A stretch of 64,000 nucleotides of DNA from Convolutriloba macropyga (taxonomy: Eukaryota), in contig NC_134480.1 of NCBI RefSeq assembly GCF_964194025.1, positions 26,474,001-26,538,000 of the forward strand. Reading direction: 5' to 3'. A program made the position numbers and the translations under genes. Position 1 is the first letter of the stretch. Each line of letters opens with the position of its first letter. Positions 10,580 through 22,700 of this stretch are shown here, in pieces. Below the pieces are notes generated by a model. The model was given only the letters and a program-made list of their open reading frames with translations. It ran no database searches and had not been told where the DNA came from.

Positions 10580-11098
10580 ATTCATTGCGGAAAGATATGC
10601 CGATACAAGGTGAACAAATGGTTACCGCAGAGAAAAAAATGAAAGCCATCACGACAGAAAGACGAATTGCTAGAGAAAAAATGATTTGAGGAACTGTATA
10701 AAATTGAAGAAAACGGCGCAGAGCCAAGTTCATCTTGTATTTTTTCGGGTTAACAAGTTCAGTATTTGATGTAGCATTTTTTTAGGGCAGACGACAATAG
10801 GCGTTGGAAATTTATAACACATGATGCCAAATATCGCTCGGTAGCATTCAATGAAGTAGGAGCAGAAGCTGTGATAATCAATGATTCCTGCAACAATGTA
10901 TACTGATCTCAAACTGAGGGGAGGATACTGGTTGACTACACTGAAGAGGTCGCTTAGGTTAGCTCCACGATATGAGTGGACATTTGCGCGACTGATGTCT
11001 TCAATAAAATTTGTCCTGGATGTACAAATTACAAAATCTTGTGCATTCCTTAGCAGTATCTTTGCAGCGAATTGTCTCATCACCTGCAAGAAATTCAA
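10580..11098 (-). pseudogene. SGNH/GDSL hydrolase-like ORF upstream of the CRE ORF
   Basis: Block-like motifs in correct order: FVICTS (I), VHSYRGA (II), YIVAGIID (III) and, after frameshifts, FCRDGFHF (V). Confidence 0.78.
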
Positions 11099-11099
11099 A

Positions 11100-11210
11100 C
11101 AGTATTGTCTGGTTGTATTTTTGAAGCAGTATTGTCTAGGTATTGTCTATGTACAATCAGTAATATCTAGGTACAATCAGGTACAGCAGTATTGTCTAGG
11201 TACAATCAGC
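11100..11210 (+). repeat. Irregular minisatellite of CAGTATTGTCTAGGTACAAT units
   Basis: About 5 degenerate GTATTGTCT(A/G)G motifs and 3 GTACAATCAG motifs. Confidence 0.8.
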
Positions 11211-11469
11211 TTTACTCACGTGAAAAAACACACAGAAGCACACTCACAGACAAACAGCATAATACTTGGAGACAGACCCCGGAGAGCACGCAAAAACGGG
11301 AATGAATGACACCAGAGGCCATCAAAAGCACGCGAAACCACTGGGACAACACAGAGAGCAGAGCACAGAGCGAGTGAACAATGAAGCAATGATGCCAAAA
11401 CTTGACGAGCCTGCTTCTAAAGCCCATAAGAGCGCTCCACCCCACACAGGCAAATCATGAGCATAACAT

Positions 11470-12925
11470 CTCTATTTAATAATTTTATATAAGCAATAAG
11501 GCTTTAAAAAATTTTAAAAAAGAAAAAAGATGTTAAGAAGGAACTTTCTTCATCAATTTTGTACAAAATTAGAAAGGAGGCACCATTCCGAATTGATTGG
11601 CAGGAGACCTAAAGACAAGTTGGCGAAGCTGTCTGAGACAGCACATGCCTTTGAGGAATGGCTCTCATAATAATGTTGTTACATTTGACGGTTTTGGACT
11701 GCCAAAACTTGACCTTGTATAAAAACAAGCAGGAAAATGTATGCATCTGTTCTTTTTATGGTGAAAAGCGTACAACAGAGGACACACAGGAGTTAAAATT
11801 CTTCGAAGAATATGTGGATGACAGACTGTGCACTGTTAAGGGGAATCCTCTGGAGTACCTTGAGTGTGCGAATTCTCTTCACAAAAAAGTACAAATTACT
11901 CTTGAGACACCCAACTGCATGAGAACCCTTGCGCTCCTAGAATTGAACATAAATGTAAACCATGACAGAAAAACGGCTGTCGTAGGTTTCAAAAAACTAC
12001 TGATAACGGCATAATCTTATTTTTCCGTAGCTATGCACAGTTACAGCATAAGAAATATAAATCAAAGGACTGTACATAAAATTTTCAATGCAGCCAGTCG
12101 TTAGCAATCTTTTTATGTTGCTATTAATAAAATCAGGATTTTTGGACTAAAAACCAGTATTGTTGAAGTCACCTTGATAAAAAAATTGTTACGAAAAAAG
12201 GTCGCATCAAAACCCTCCGAGAAATAACATCATCCCAATAAATTTAATTGTCTCCACAAAAATGGACGTGAAACCGACAATTTTTGTTCAATAAGGAGGA
12301 AAAATCACTCAAAATTTTGCAGTGGACTTAAAAAGTTTTGTGGTTTTTTAAATATTTTCTTCTAAAAGAATATTAAGAAATTGCTTGCCCACCCTGAAAC
12401 TCTATTCCGACAGAAAACTGAAAACGAATCTTGTAACAAATGTTACATGTAATGGATTCAATTACGTCTATGTTGGCCAAAGCAGTCAAGATGTTACCAC
12501 TAGAACTTTGGAATATCACAAAAAAGATTCCCCTGTGGGACAAAACTTTGTTGAATTCTGTGGTACAGTGCATAATATTGTACGGGACACTGTCGAGGCA
12601 TGTCGCGTGGTTGAAAAACTAACGACAAATGAAGTGATCTACATCAAAAGGTTCAAAATGCGGGCCACAAAAACCGGGGGTGGGAAATAAAGTTGAAATA
12701 TTAGCTCAAAAGGACAAAAGTTTGACTTTTCAATTTCTTTCTGAAATTTCAAAGTATCTCTTCCGAAATTTCAAAGTATCTTGAAAATTTTTTTAGTACC
12801 TTAACTTGTTTTGCAGAATTTGCCAGAACTGGCCAATGAAAAGCAGGTAATCATATTTATTCAATTTTTTAAACAGTTTTATGTAAACCTGATAATGAAG
12901 ACAGTGTTCGATAACGTTCACTTTT
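11470..12925 (+). mobile_element. Penelope-like element PLE2, internally deleted and decayed
   Basis: KDKLAKLS..NVVTFDGFGLP; YKNKQENVCICSFY (PHD tail); FFEEYVDD; QITLETP..LALLE; CLPTLK..VTCNGFNYVYVGQSSQDVTTR..DSPVGQ; LKY*. Possible hammerhead remnant CTGATAA..GATAACGTTC at about 12889-12919. Confidence 0.82.
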
Positions 12926-13516
12926 TAAATCAAGCCAATTGATTTGATATCGAATTCTTTGTTTTGATGTGCTGTAGCCAAAAAGGTCGTCAAGAAAAGG
13001 GCTTGATCTGTGGTTACAGAAAAAATACCTTTGGTAAAATTTTGTTGATAGATTAATTTTCACTTGATAAATCAATTTTTTTGTCCACGGAAATAATTTT
13101 TTAGGGGTAAAATTGAGAAGTTATGAGCTCTCTGTTCAATCCCAATCGCTTGTTTTTATTCCTAAATGCCCCGATGATTTGCAATTTGACCGAACGAAGA
13201 CATTTTAAATACCCAGATCAGCTGTTTTCCCGGAGAAATTATCTTATTAGAACAGATTTTTTCATATGTGACAAAATACTGAAATAGGTAAAAATTGAAA
13301 GCTTCATGTTTGGAATTGGTTCCAAATGATTCTGTAGTTAGTGTCTTCTGTGGATTTTTAACGATTGTTTATTGTGATTCATATATCTGCGATTGCTACC
13401 AATTCTTAGTCATATGTTTGCATTCCTCGGACTATTTGAATACATTAGTGTTTACTAATTTTGTGCCTGGGAGTTTTTTCGATCACTTTTATGCGAACAT
13501 TTTGTTTGCCGAAACC

Positions 13517-13553
13517 AACAAATGTTTTTGAAGTTAACGTTCATCGTCAGGTT
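13517..13553 (-). ncRNA. Degenerate hammerhead motif in the PLE3 3' region
   Basis: Minus strand reads aac-CTGACGA-tgaacgttaacttc-AAAA-acat-TT-gtt, with stems aac/gtt and gaa/ttc. Confidence 0.45.
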
Positions 13554-15244
13554 AAAACTGTTTCTCAAACTGTAAAAAGATAAGATGAATTGTATCTCAT
13601 TTGTCTGAGGCAACAATTTTGACATTTCTTGGAAAAATTTGAAAAATTGTTATCGAACAACTTTTATTTATACAGAATATTTAGCTCATCCACAACTTCA
13701 ATTTTACATCTGCAATATTTTTGATTGTGCTATATAAAAATTGCTGATTTTTGCCAAGTTTCAGTTCATCTGGGTTAATTCAGAGTTTTTCCTAACCCCA
13801 AATATAACTTGTACGGGATTTCTGCTTCGTCATGCACAAAACATGTTTCTCCTTATAATTCAGTCAAAATTGTTAATTGAACATCGATTTTAGCTTGGGT
13901 TTAGGTGAACGATATCAATCAAATTGTTCTTGTGCTGGCTCCATCTCGATGATTTATGAGTTTTTGAGGGCCATGAGTATTTCTGCTGCGCGACAGCTCT
14001 CAAAAGTTCAACGCTGCTTGTGAATCATTAACATTTAGCTTAGAGTTGACCCAAGAGCGAATCGTTCTTATGATGTTCTTATGTCCTAGGGTTAACTTGC
14101 TGGCGTCTCTGTCCCAAACTTTGCCTTTTCGTTCATATACCACGTGAGATTTCAGACTTTTATGGAAAAATGTGATCAGGGTGCAGAGACAGGACTTTAA
14201 TTTTACCGTCGTGAATAAAATTTGCAACTATGAAGATTTATCATTAGCTTGCAAATGTTTGTGTAAGGTTGCACCTGAATTGTCGAAAAGTTTTTGGTAT
14301 TTCGAGAGATCTAATCTGGTTTCTTAGGTGGTTTTTTGGCTGTGTTTTCAAATGATCTTTACTGCTACCTATTATGTGATCTAAAGAATAGGACAGAATT
14401 TTTGAAGAGCATTCAACCGGATGTTTTTTGGTCCAAAATGTTATGTTCTTTTCGATCGTCTGACGGTGCTCATCTTAATTGTGATATCAAGAAAAGCCAT
14501 GTTTCGTTCTTTGTTCACTTTTTCTTAGATACAATACAGGTTTTTTTGTACCAAGTTTGCAAATTTTAAGTTTCCATCGGTTTTTTCTCAATACAAAAAA
14601 TGCAAAAAATGTCATCCAAATTTGCACTTTGAGCAATTTCTGTAGCCTCTCCAACCAACACATCATTTCATTATACCTTTTGGACAAAGTTTCTCCTCAA
14701 ATTACTCCCCGTGTTCTTGATCGCTGCAGTACGTAAGGATACAAAAAACATCATGCATTTTGGCATATGCTTTTTTTGTTTTATTTTTTGCCATTTCGCT
14801 TGAAATCAGTTTTTGCATAACACACATTCTATTCAGACAGGCGGAATGTCAGTCTTCTTTTGAAAATCCCGTTTTGATCATACTTACGGAAAATTTTGCT
14901 GATCTCTGGTTTTTGCGGTGATGCCTCGAACATTTTCACCACACGTTTGCTAATTTATCAACCAGTGATGCACCCATAGCGCGTTTGGATCATAACAGAT
15001 TGTGCATACCAGATGCCTATATAATTCAAATGAGAATTTGTCAACACTAGTCTGAAGAGATTTTGTATTTCATAATTTGAAATCCAGGGTGCTTGGGTAG
15101 AGTTTTCTTTGAGCATTTTTGGATAACGTCTCCAGCCAGCACATTTTTATATTAATTTTTTTTCAAAAGGTACTATTTGTCCGTCATCATCAAGAAAAGC
15201 TAACTCTAACGTTTTTCTAGCATCTTGTGCGATGGTTCCAAATT

Positions 15245-16324
15245 ACTAGCTTAATAGTTTTTGCAGTTTCACTCTTAATAGCTCTACGAAAATTATTGCC
15301 GTATACATTGAACAGCAGTGGTCCCGACAAAGTTGTTTGTTGCACACATGTGACAACTTCAATCCAATTGGAGTAGTATGATTTAATTTTACACGCTGAA
15401 GTCTGTCAGAAATAAGGATGTCTGGTTTTTTGTATCTATGAAAACCAATTACTCTCACTTTGTCTACTAGGATAGGATCTTTCCAGTATGTACCCTCCGA
15501 GTACTTTATGCACCTCCCAGTTATAGAGCACGTGCTTTTACATAGCTACATAGTACATCATTATGTTAAAATGGGGCACGTGTGTCTCTGGGCTGAAATA
15601 ACAAGCATGCTCTAAAAGTTTTTTAATGTTATGTTTTCGTTAAGATTGTAAGTAGGTGTGATACAATTACTGTTCGGCCATCTGTTATAGCGTAAGGCAG
15701 CAACAATAAAAAAGTCCTAATGGCTTGTTGGAAATCAACTCCATAAGTACAATATGCACCAGTCTTTTTTCTAACAAACTATAAATGGAACGGTTTCTCA
15801 GCTAACTTTCCAGCTCTTTTCCGTAAAATTTAATTTAATTAGACAATGTTAAATTAGCAAATTCCTTTATTCCATTTTCATTTATTATTATATCTTTTTT
15901 TGCAGCGCAGTTGAAGTTGTGCAACAGTCTTGTCGCCCTCTGAGTGTATTTTGAAAATTTCAGTGATTTTTCTCTCTTTCAAAAGCACTGTTTTTTACCG
16001 TTTTTAAGTTCGATAGAACTTGCCGTTTTGTGTTATAAACTTCCCGATTAGTAGAGGCCTAGTTTTCCTGTTAAGTCCTATGTGCATCTTGTTTTCTTTA
16101 TAATTTTGTTATCTAAACTTCGTCAGTCTATTTAGTTTTCTTGATGGTTTTGTGTTTACTATTTCATATATTTTGTTTACAATTGGAGCACGAGTTTTGA
16201 GATCCTTGCTAACATTTGATATCAATAAATTTAGAATTTGGAGAACATCACTGTATTGTTAGATATAGCGCCCCAGGGAACAGAACATAGTTTTAACAAA
16301 ATCGTTTGCTTTTTAACCAAACAG

Positions 16325-16330
<6 letters not shown>
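15245..16330 (-). mobile_element. Decayed LINE (CR1/L2-type) RT fragment
   Basis: RLQRVKLNHT..NWIEVV..TLSGPLLFNVYGNNF resembles QxVxxN..GVPQGxxLGPLLFxxYxND. Boundaries approximate; a (TA)n tract lies at about 16325-16350. Confidence 0.6.
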
Positions 16331-16357
<27 letters not shown>

Positions 16358-17599
16358 TCGCGATTTTGTCTTTTTCATATCAGTTACTTCAAGAGACGCT
16401 ATAGTTCAATTTTGCCTGTAATGTTCATCTTTACATTCAAAATGCAATCAACATGTGTTTATGAGATTTGCGTTAATCTTCTGTGTTCATCGGTGTCAAC
16501 AATTTGTAGAGATTAAGGTGTACAGCTAATTTTTTTTTAAAAATTTTTCTCTCACTTTTATTCAGAGAGTTGAGGTTAGAGACAACCAGTAAATTTAAAT
16601 TGTGTTGCGTTGTCCAAACTGTAGTCTAAGTTGTAGGATAGTCCACATGAAAATTTTTCTCGATGTTGTTTCGAAGGATTGCAAATTACGTTGAGCAGTT
16701 TTCTATCTGCTTTTGTGTCAAAGCCTTTTTTTAAGTTCAATACGAACTGACTCAAATTTCGCTCAAACATGACTTAATCAGGTTCATCGTTTGGTGCAAG
16801 TATCGTTGGAATATATAGAGCAAGACTTCAACCTTTCCTTTTTCTCTTTTTGAATGCGGTATTTTTGAAGTTGAACATGAGTATCGCTTAAAACGTTTCA
16901 CAGATTGGAGCAATGACTCCTACTTAATAACGTTTCACCTAATCTAGGAATCAGACTTTTCTCGAATATCCTGGAAGACATTTTCGCGAGAAGATTCATT
17001 TCGTAATTAAATTTTGAGCATTCCAGTAGAACTTTTACAAATATTTAGGGACTTTTTTGTAGTCACTGAAAGAGATTCATAGGAAACCCTTGGTTCCAAA
17101 TTTGACTCCAGATCATTATTTAGCATTTATTCGTCAGAAATAAATTTTGCGAGGTTCACTCTGGGTAGATTCAAGATAATCCACGACGGTACATTCAAGT
17201 TTATGTTTGCTTTCGCGCTGCAGTGATGCAATAAAATCGAGAGCATTGAGCATGTTGCTAAAATTTGAAGATTAAATCCGAAGGGCGCGGTATTAGATAC
17301 ATAGCGCTTTAAAAATTAAGAGATTGTTTTGGCAAGTTTTTTTGTCTGTCCTATCTGTTTTCACTATTTAAGTTCATCGAAATTTTGCAAAGAGAATTTA
17401 CAATAGATTTAAGTCCGTTATATACATAAGTAGATTTGGGCAAAAAAAATCATTAATTCGTTAGTTTATTCTGATGGTACGAAGGGTTTTAAAGGTGAGC
17501 TAACTGTATGAAATACATACCAATCAAAGTGTTAAAAATTTAACAAAACGTTAAAAATCTAAATCACCCGAAACAAAAACCAGGAAATGACTCCGTGCA

Positions 17600-18790
17600 G
17601 TGTGCTTTGCCTATTCTGGTATCATCAATTTTTAAAAAAAATGACCCAGAAGACCAGCAATTATACCAACAATTATCTTGTTTTATGTAGCTGAATTTTT
17701 TTGTTATTGCTGAAATAGATTCATGAGAAGCTGTTGCTTCCAAAATTGACTCGAAATCAACACTTAGCAAAAGTTTCATCAGAAAAAAAGTTTTGTGGTC
17801 AATCTGTGCTGATTCAAGATAAACTACTGCATTAAATTCAAGAATCATTTTGTTTTTTGGATTGCAGTGATGAACAAAAAGGTCATTGGACATGTTGCTA
17901 AGAAAAAGATGACCATATCCAAAAGAAACGTGTTTAGACAAATAGTGCTTAAAAAATCAAACACACCGTTTTCGCCAGTTTTTTGTGTCTGTTAATATTG
18001 TTTCGGTCGCATAGATATAACACAACCTCTTATTTCAATGTTTAAGTTTTTTGTATTGTTTTAAAGAGATTTTACAGAAAAGTTAACGCCGTTTTCAGAG
18101 GGATATTAGAAATCTATGTGAAGTCAATCAAGATTATTTTGAAACTGCGCATTTAAATCAATCAGATTGAGTCTTTTGTGCGATTATTTATTTCTTCACT
18201 TTGGCTACTAAACTGAATAGTTTTTCGTTGAATTTATTGACACTGATATTACTCTCCTATCTAATTGCACCAAGTGATAAAAAAGTGCCGATTGACATTG
18301 TTTCTGATGTAGATTTATTTGCTCGAGTGTAAGTTAGGTTCTCGTAAGCCATAATTGACTCGTTAATGCCAATATCGGCCGTAGACAGTCATCTATTCTA
18401 TTTGTACTTTACTGTTTCACTGCCTTTAGCTCTGCTGTTTGCAGTTCTTTAAAGCACTCCTGAGATCTTATGACCGCTGAAGCCACTTGCTAAGAAATTA
18501 AGAAATTTGGGCGGAAACATTCTCATAAGACAAAGAACAGTGCGGATCAGGCATAAGTGGATCAACTTTAGGTAATAAATATTTTAAGGCAATTTCTATA
18601 CCAGGTAGTGCACTCATCGTCCAGATTAAACGCATATAATATTATTTTCAAGGTAACTTGCCTGTTTTTGAGCTATAAAACAAACTGTGGCGTCTCCTCC
18701 TTTAACCCCAATTGTTTCATAACAATATTCAATTGTTTTGATATAAAAATTGAACTACCAGAGCCCTCAGAGGATTTCATAGATTTGGTA
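17600..18790 (-). mobile_element. Very decayed LINE RT fragment
   Basis: Remnants such as DCLRPI and GHLFLSNMSNDL in the order expected for YRPIS and GPLLFLxYxNDL. Confidence 0.4.
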
Positions 18791-18799
18791 CAAGAAAAC

Positions 18800-19198
18800 G
18801 GTTCTACTTCTTTTCACCCCGATTCATTTAACCACGCATATTTTAACCCCGTATCTTTTAACCCCTCTATCATTTAACCCCTATATCATTTCATCCCGCT
18901 GATTAGGAGTCGACATTAAAGGCATATTTTGTCATAATTAAGTAGATAAATTAATCCCACGTTCGGTTGTGATAGTTTCATATCAAGTCCCACGGGCCGC
19001 TGAGGCATGGCCTGGCCCGCGAGGCATGGCCAAATGATTATATTGCTAATTTAATTGTCCTTATTTTATAGAAAGATTAAAATCGGGGTGAAATGATAGA
19101 GGGGTTAAAAGATAGAGGGGTTAAATGATAACAGGAGTGAATAAATCGGGGTTAAATGATAGGGGGTTAAATAAATAGGGGTGAAAAAACGGGACACC
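18800..19198. mobile_element. Mutator/foldback-type non-autonomous element with modular TIRs and 9-bp TSD
   Basis: GG...CC termini; arms built of TTTAACCCC / GGGGTTAAA repeats in inverted orientation; perfect CAAGAAAAC at 18791-18799 and 19199-19207. Confidence 0.85.
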
Positions 19199-19719
19199 CA
19201 AGAAAACTCCTACGTCTTTTCTGCTCATCTGAAACAACCCCTATTGCTTCATATTTACACATTATGACAAACAGTAGCCTAAATCGGGTCGTACCTATAG
19301 CAACCGGTCGTACGCAAATCAAAAATTTTTTGAACTGATTGAGAGTATTAACAGCAGAAATAAAGAAACAGTTCAAGTAAAAAAAGACTTAGGCAGAAGA
19401 AATCAGTAACTTCAGTAATTTCTAGGTTTATTCTGATGCTTTAGATCGTTTTAATCGCAGGCTAATTGTATGAAAAACTTACAGAGCAAAGTTTTCAAAA
19501 ATTACCGAAACGTTGAAAAACTAATTAATCCAAAGCAAAAGTTTGAGGTTATTAATCATCTCTGTTTTTTCCACAATTGTCTATACGCGGGATTATTCAG
19601 TTAATTGGCATCGCATCATATCATTTCTTAAATTTTATTTTTAGGATTGGATAGATAAAGGTTACCGGAGTGTTTTAATATAGAACTATTGATACATTTT
19701 GTCATCTGTTAACAGGTAA

Positions 19720-22700
19720 AGCGCACACGCTTCACCACTGAAACTCTGCCCTGGGATTTAATCTTGTCACCAAATCTCAGGGATGAAGTTCTTCATAATA
19801 GAGACGATTCAGCATTTGTCCACTCCTACCGAGGCGACACTATAGCCAATCTGTTCAATGACATGCAGCAAAAACCGCATTTGTATCTGCGAAGAGTGAC
19901 TAAATAGCTGGACTCAAGGGCCACCGACGCCATTCTGCGAACTTTGCTACAAGCTACTAAGCTTTGCTTGAACTAGTTGAAAAAAAATCAAACCCACCGT
20001 CATAAGTACACAAAAATTGTAGACTTAAAAAACAAATGTTTCTTGACAAACAATTAGACCTTCGCAAATGTGTCCCTTTAATCTTCTTATCGAAACTCAC
20101 CTGGTGTCTTTGTCACATTGCCTTTGTTGTCTTCCAGTAGCAGCATTTTCTGTCGTAGTGGTGTACACTTATCGTCCCAAGGAGTTTTTAAATTCGTTAA
20201 TTTTCTTCATGATCTATTATCCTGTTTCACTGTTTATCTTCTCTACTTGACGCCAGGTACTGCTAATTAGCAATCTCCTCAACCCCTACAAGGTCTGAAT
20301 CCTGGGCAGGCTGCTCTAAATGTTAGAATCACCTTAGACGTAGCGGCGTCTTCTACTCTTCCTACGGAAACTATATGCATGGAAAATGCTGCGGGTTGTA
20401 AACCGCAAACTAACACCGTTCGGTTTCTTATACAAACACTTAACAGAATATCTTCACGCACCAACGCAGGCCAGTAGCAGTACCACAGAGACTGCTGAGA
20501 TTTATTAAAGCTACAGCCCCTGAGTTCTGGAAAAATTTGGTCGCCGACTTGAACAAAAATCTGAAATTTATTTACAACGAATTCGTACATTTAAGAACTG
20601 CGTTTGTCTTGATCAGAAATAAAGTGGAATTCAAGTTTCACTGACACATTAGCGACAATCCTTTCAACAAATGAAGATGCTGAAGAAACAGGAAAAAGCC
20701 ATGATCTGAGATTTTGTTACGCTGCTGCTGATCTTTCCGCAAATTAAAGAAAGTCATGACACATCGATCGCAAAAACCATTACCAGACGCCTTGATCAAT
20801 TGACTTCCGGGGACATAAATTAATTCTTCACAGAAGCAAAAGCTTTGCAACTCATTAGGACCCATTCGGACGCTCATTAGCGAACCATTAGGAGAAAAGC
20901 GAAACATGACCTCAACAAATATAAGAGCTCCATAAATACAAGACTTCAGCCAAGACCACAAACGCCATCAGATGAGCTAGTGAAGAATCCCAAAAAATAG
21001 TATCCGCTCCATGATTGAGAAGTTAACAGTCAATGGGTAACAAAAACTGTACTCCAAATCCTGCGCGAGAGAAATATTCAAAAAGTAAACCCCTGAAACT
21101 CAAATTAACCCACTACCATTCCTCGTATTTTGAGAGGTCAATGGAAGCACTATTCGCAGAGCAGCTATGAATACATTTGGAAGCCATGATCGTGCAGGCC
21201 CAGGGATAGATGCCCAGGAATGGCGACCGCTACCTACATCATTCAAAGCATTGTCTTTTTTATTGACCTACACAAAATTCTCCCAAAATTAGCTAACCAA
21301 ATTACAACAAAAAAGCCCTCGTCCCTTGATTCCCAAAACCCATGCCAATTTTTTGCCATAAAGGGATTCCCTGGCGGCCGAACAGGTATCGGTGAAGTAA
21401 TAGGTAGAGCCTTCGGACCAATCGTCATGAAACTTGTGAAGCAAATTGTTAACCAAATTAACCAAATTGGCAGAAACACCTCGGCCAAAAATTTGGCAGT
21501 GAACACGCCTTTCACTCCATCAGGAGCGCATATGATGATACAAAAACGGAAGCAAAATTGCATTTAACAGCCTCAATTGCCAGCTTGACCTCAAAAATAC
21601 AAGTTTTTGCCCGTTGTCATAAATTTCTCTCAAGAATTCTTAGCAATAACCGTCCAACATAAACACAAACAAACTGGTTCTCAAATATAACAAGGCGACT
21701 CGTTAATGTGCGATCGCACATAAGGTTCCGACCCCGCTCATCCACAATTTTGGCTTGATTGTCTACCAAATGAGGAACATAGAAGAACCCAAAAACTCAA
21801 GTATTTAAAAAAGAATTGGTATGAACGAAAAGAAAGTCTCCAAAGAAAATAACTGTGGTGGAGTAAAAATTGCGCATTAGATTGATGAGATGTGCAAATA
21901 TTATGAAAGCGAGTCAAGACAAACAGCAAAATCAAACAACAGCAACAACAAAACTTAATTACATCAAAAACTTCATGTCCGTTGTAAAAAACAAAACTTA
22001 ATAACAAAGTCAAAATACCATCAGATAAAACTGATATTAAACAAAATAACCTGTAATTCACCAGAAAAGATAAGGGAGTAGTCAATAAAAAGGCTTGGTA
22101 ACAATTAGACAATAAACAACAAAAACAGTAAAGTTGAAAAATTCGCTTCCTTTTTTAAAACAATTAATTTCGAAATAATGAAAACCATTAGAAATCAAAT
22201 AAAACATCCCATAGGTATACGATTACCAATGCTTCCACAGAATGAATTAATAGCTGCTGGTATTCAATTTTTTACGAGGTTACAAAAAGAACATATAGAC
22301 AACAAACAAAAAAATCATATAAAACTTGGCATAAAACACTTTCGAAAACTTAAAGCCATACTATGGCCATCAAAATGTGTTCCATTGCGCTTTCTGCAAC
22401 CACCGATCATGTATTATGTGACCTCTTATTAATGAAGCTAGGTAACAGGTAGACAAAAATGGGAAACAAAATGAAAAAATAACACTTTAATTTCTTTTCG
22501 AAAAAAAAAATAATTTCCAAAGACATGAACGCCATTAATTACAGAAAAAAAATCAATTAAGTTCGCATATTCTTCCAAAAGAAGCCCATGAGAATTGCAA
22601 CTATCCAGAATATGTCTTATGTCTACAAAAAGAACGTCAAACATGAAAAAAATCAAAAATTAATTTACTTTTTTTTCGTGTCGAAGCCAGTAAAGTCAAT

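Larger units (their letters stand above)
9342..11460 (-). mobile_element. CRE-clade element, 5' part (5' region, SGNH ORF, Zn-finger N-terminus, internally deleted RT)
   Basis: CSNC..GVWCYDC..KCSG; SITKTLSRRLDMW..EAKALQKR; NAFKILNRKLA; KGTTQDDIIAMAMHGVA; CYADDVNAAGS; PQKVYKSFT, which continues at 1069. The 5' boundary is uncertain. Confidence 0.82.
13490..17270 (-). mobile_element. Penelope-like element PLE3, heavily decayed, interrupted by a LINE relic
   Basis: N-terminal remnants at about 16560-17260; RT (QDARKTLE..GQIV, RLVLTN..IWYAQS, MAFLDITI) at 14480-15240; PHD remnant at 14724-14878; FTTVKLKSCL..LKSHVVYE near 14130-14220; hammerhead remnant at 13517-13553. Confidence 0.72.

Noticed and set aside
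11100-11210. CRISPR-like array (also 138-203 and 32539-32640)
   Set aside because: No unique spacers of constant length, no cas genes, eukaryotic context.
19425-19520. Hammerhead candidate CTGATG...GAAACGTT
   Set aside because: The first box is not CUGANGA, the spacer is about 70 nt without a clear stem II, and the related copy lacks GAAA.
21689-21710. CAA GGC GAC TCG TTA ATG (QGDSLM) read as the CRE QGDPLAM motif
   Set aside because: The same bases align with the start of HINE copy 2 (AACAAGGAGGCTCGGTAATG), so they are better explained as the HINE terminus; the exact junction remains slightly ambiguous.
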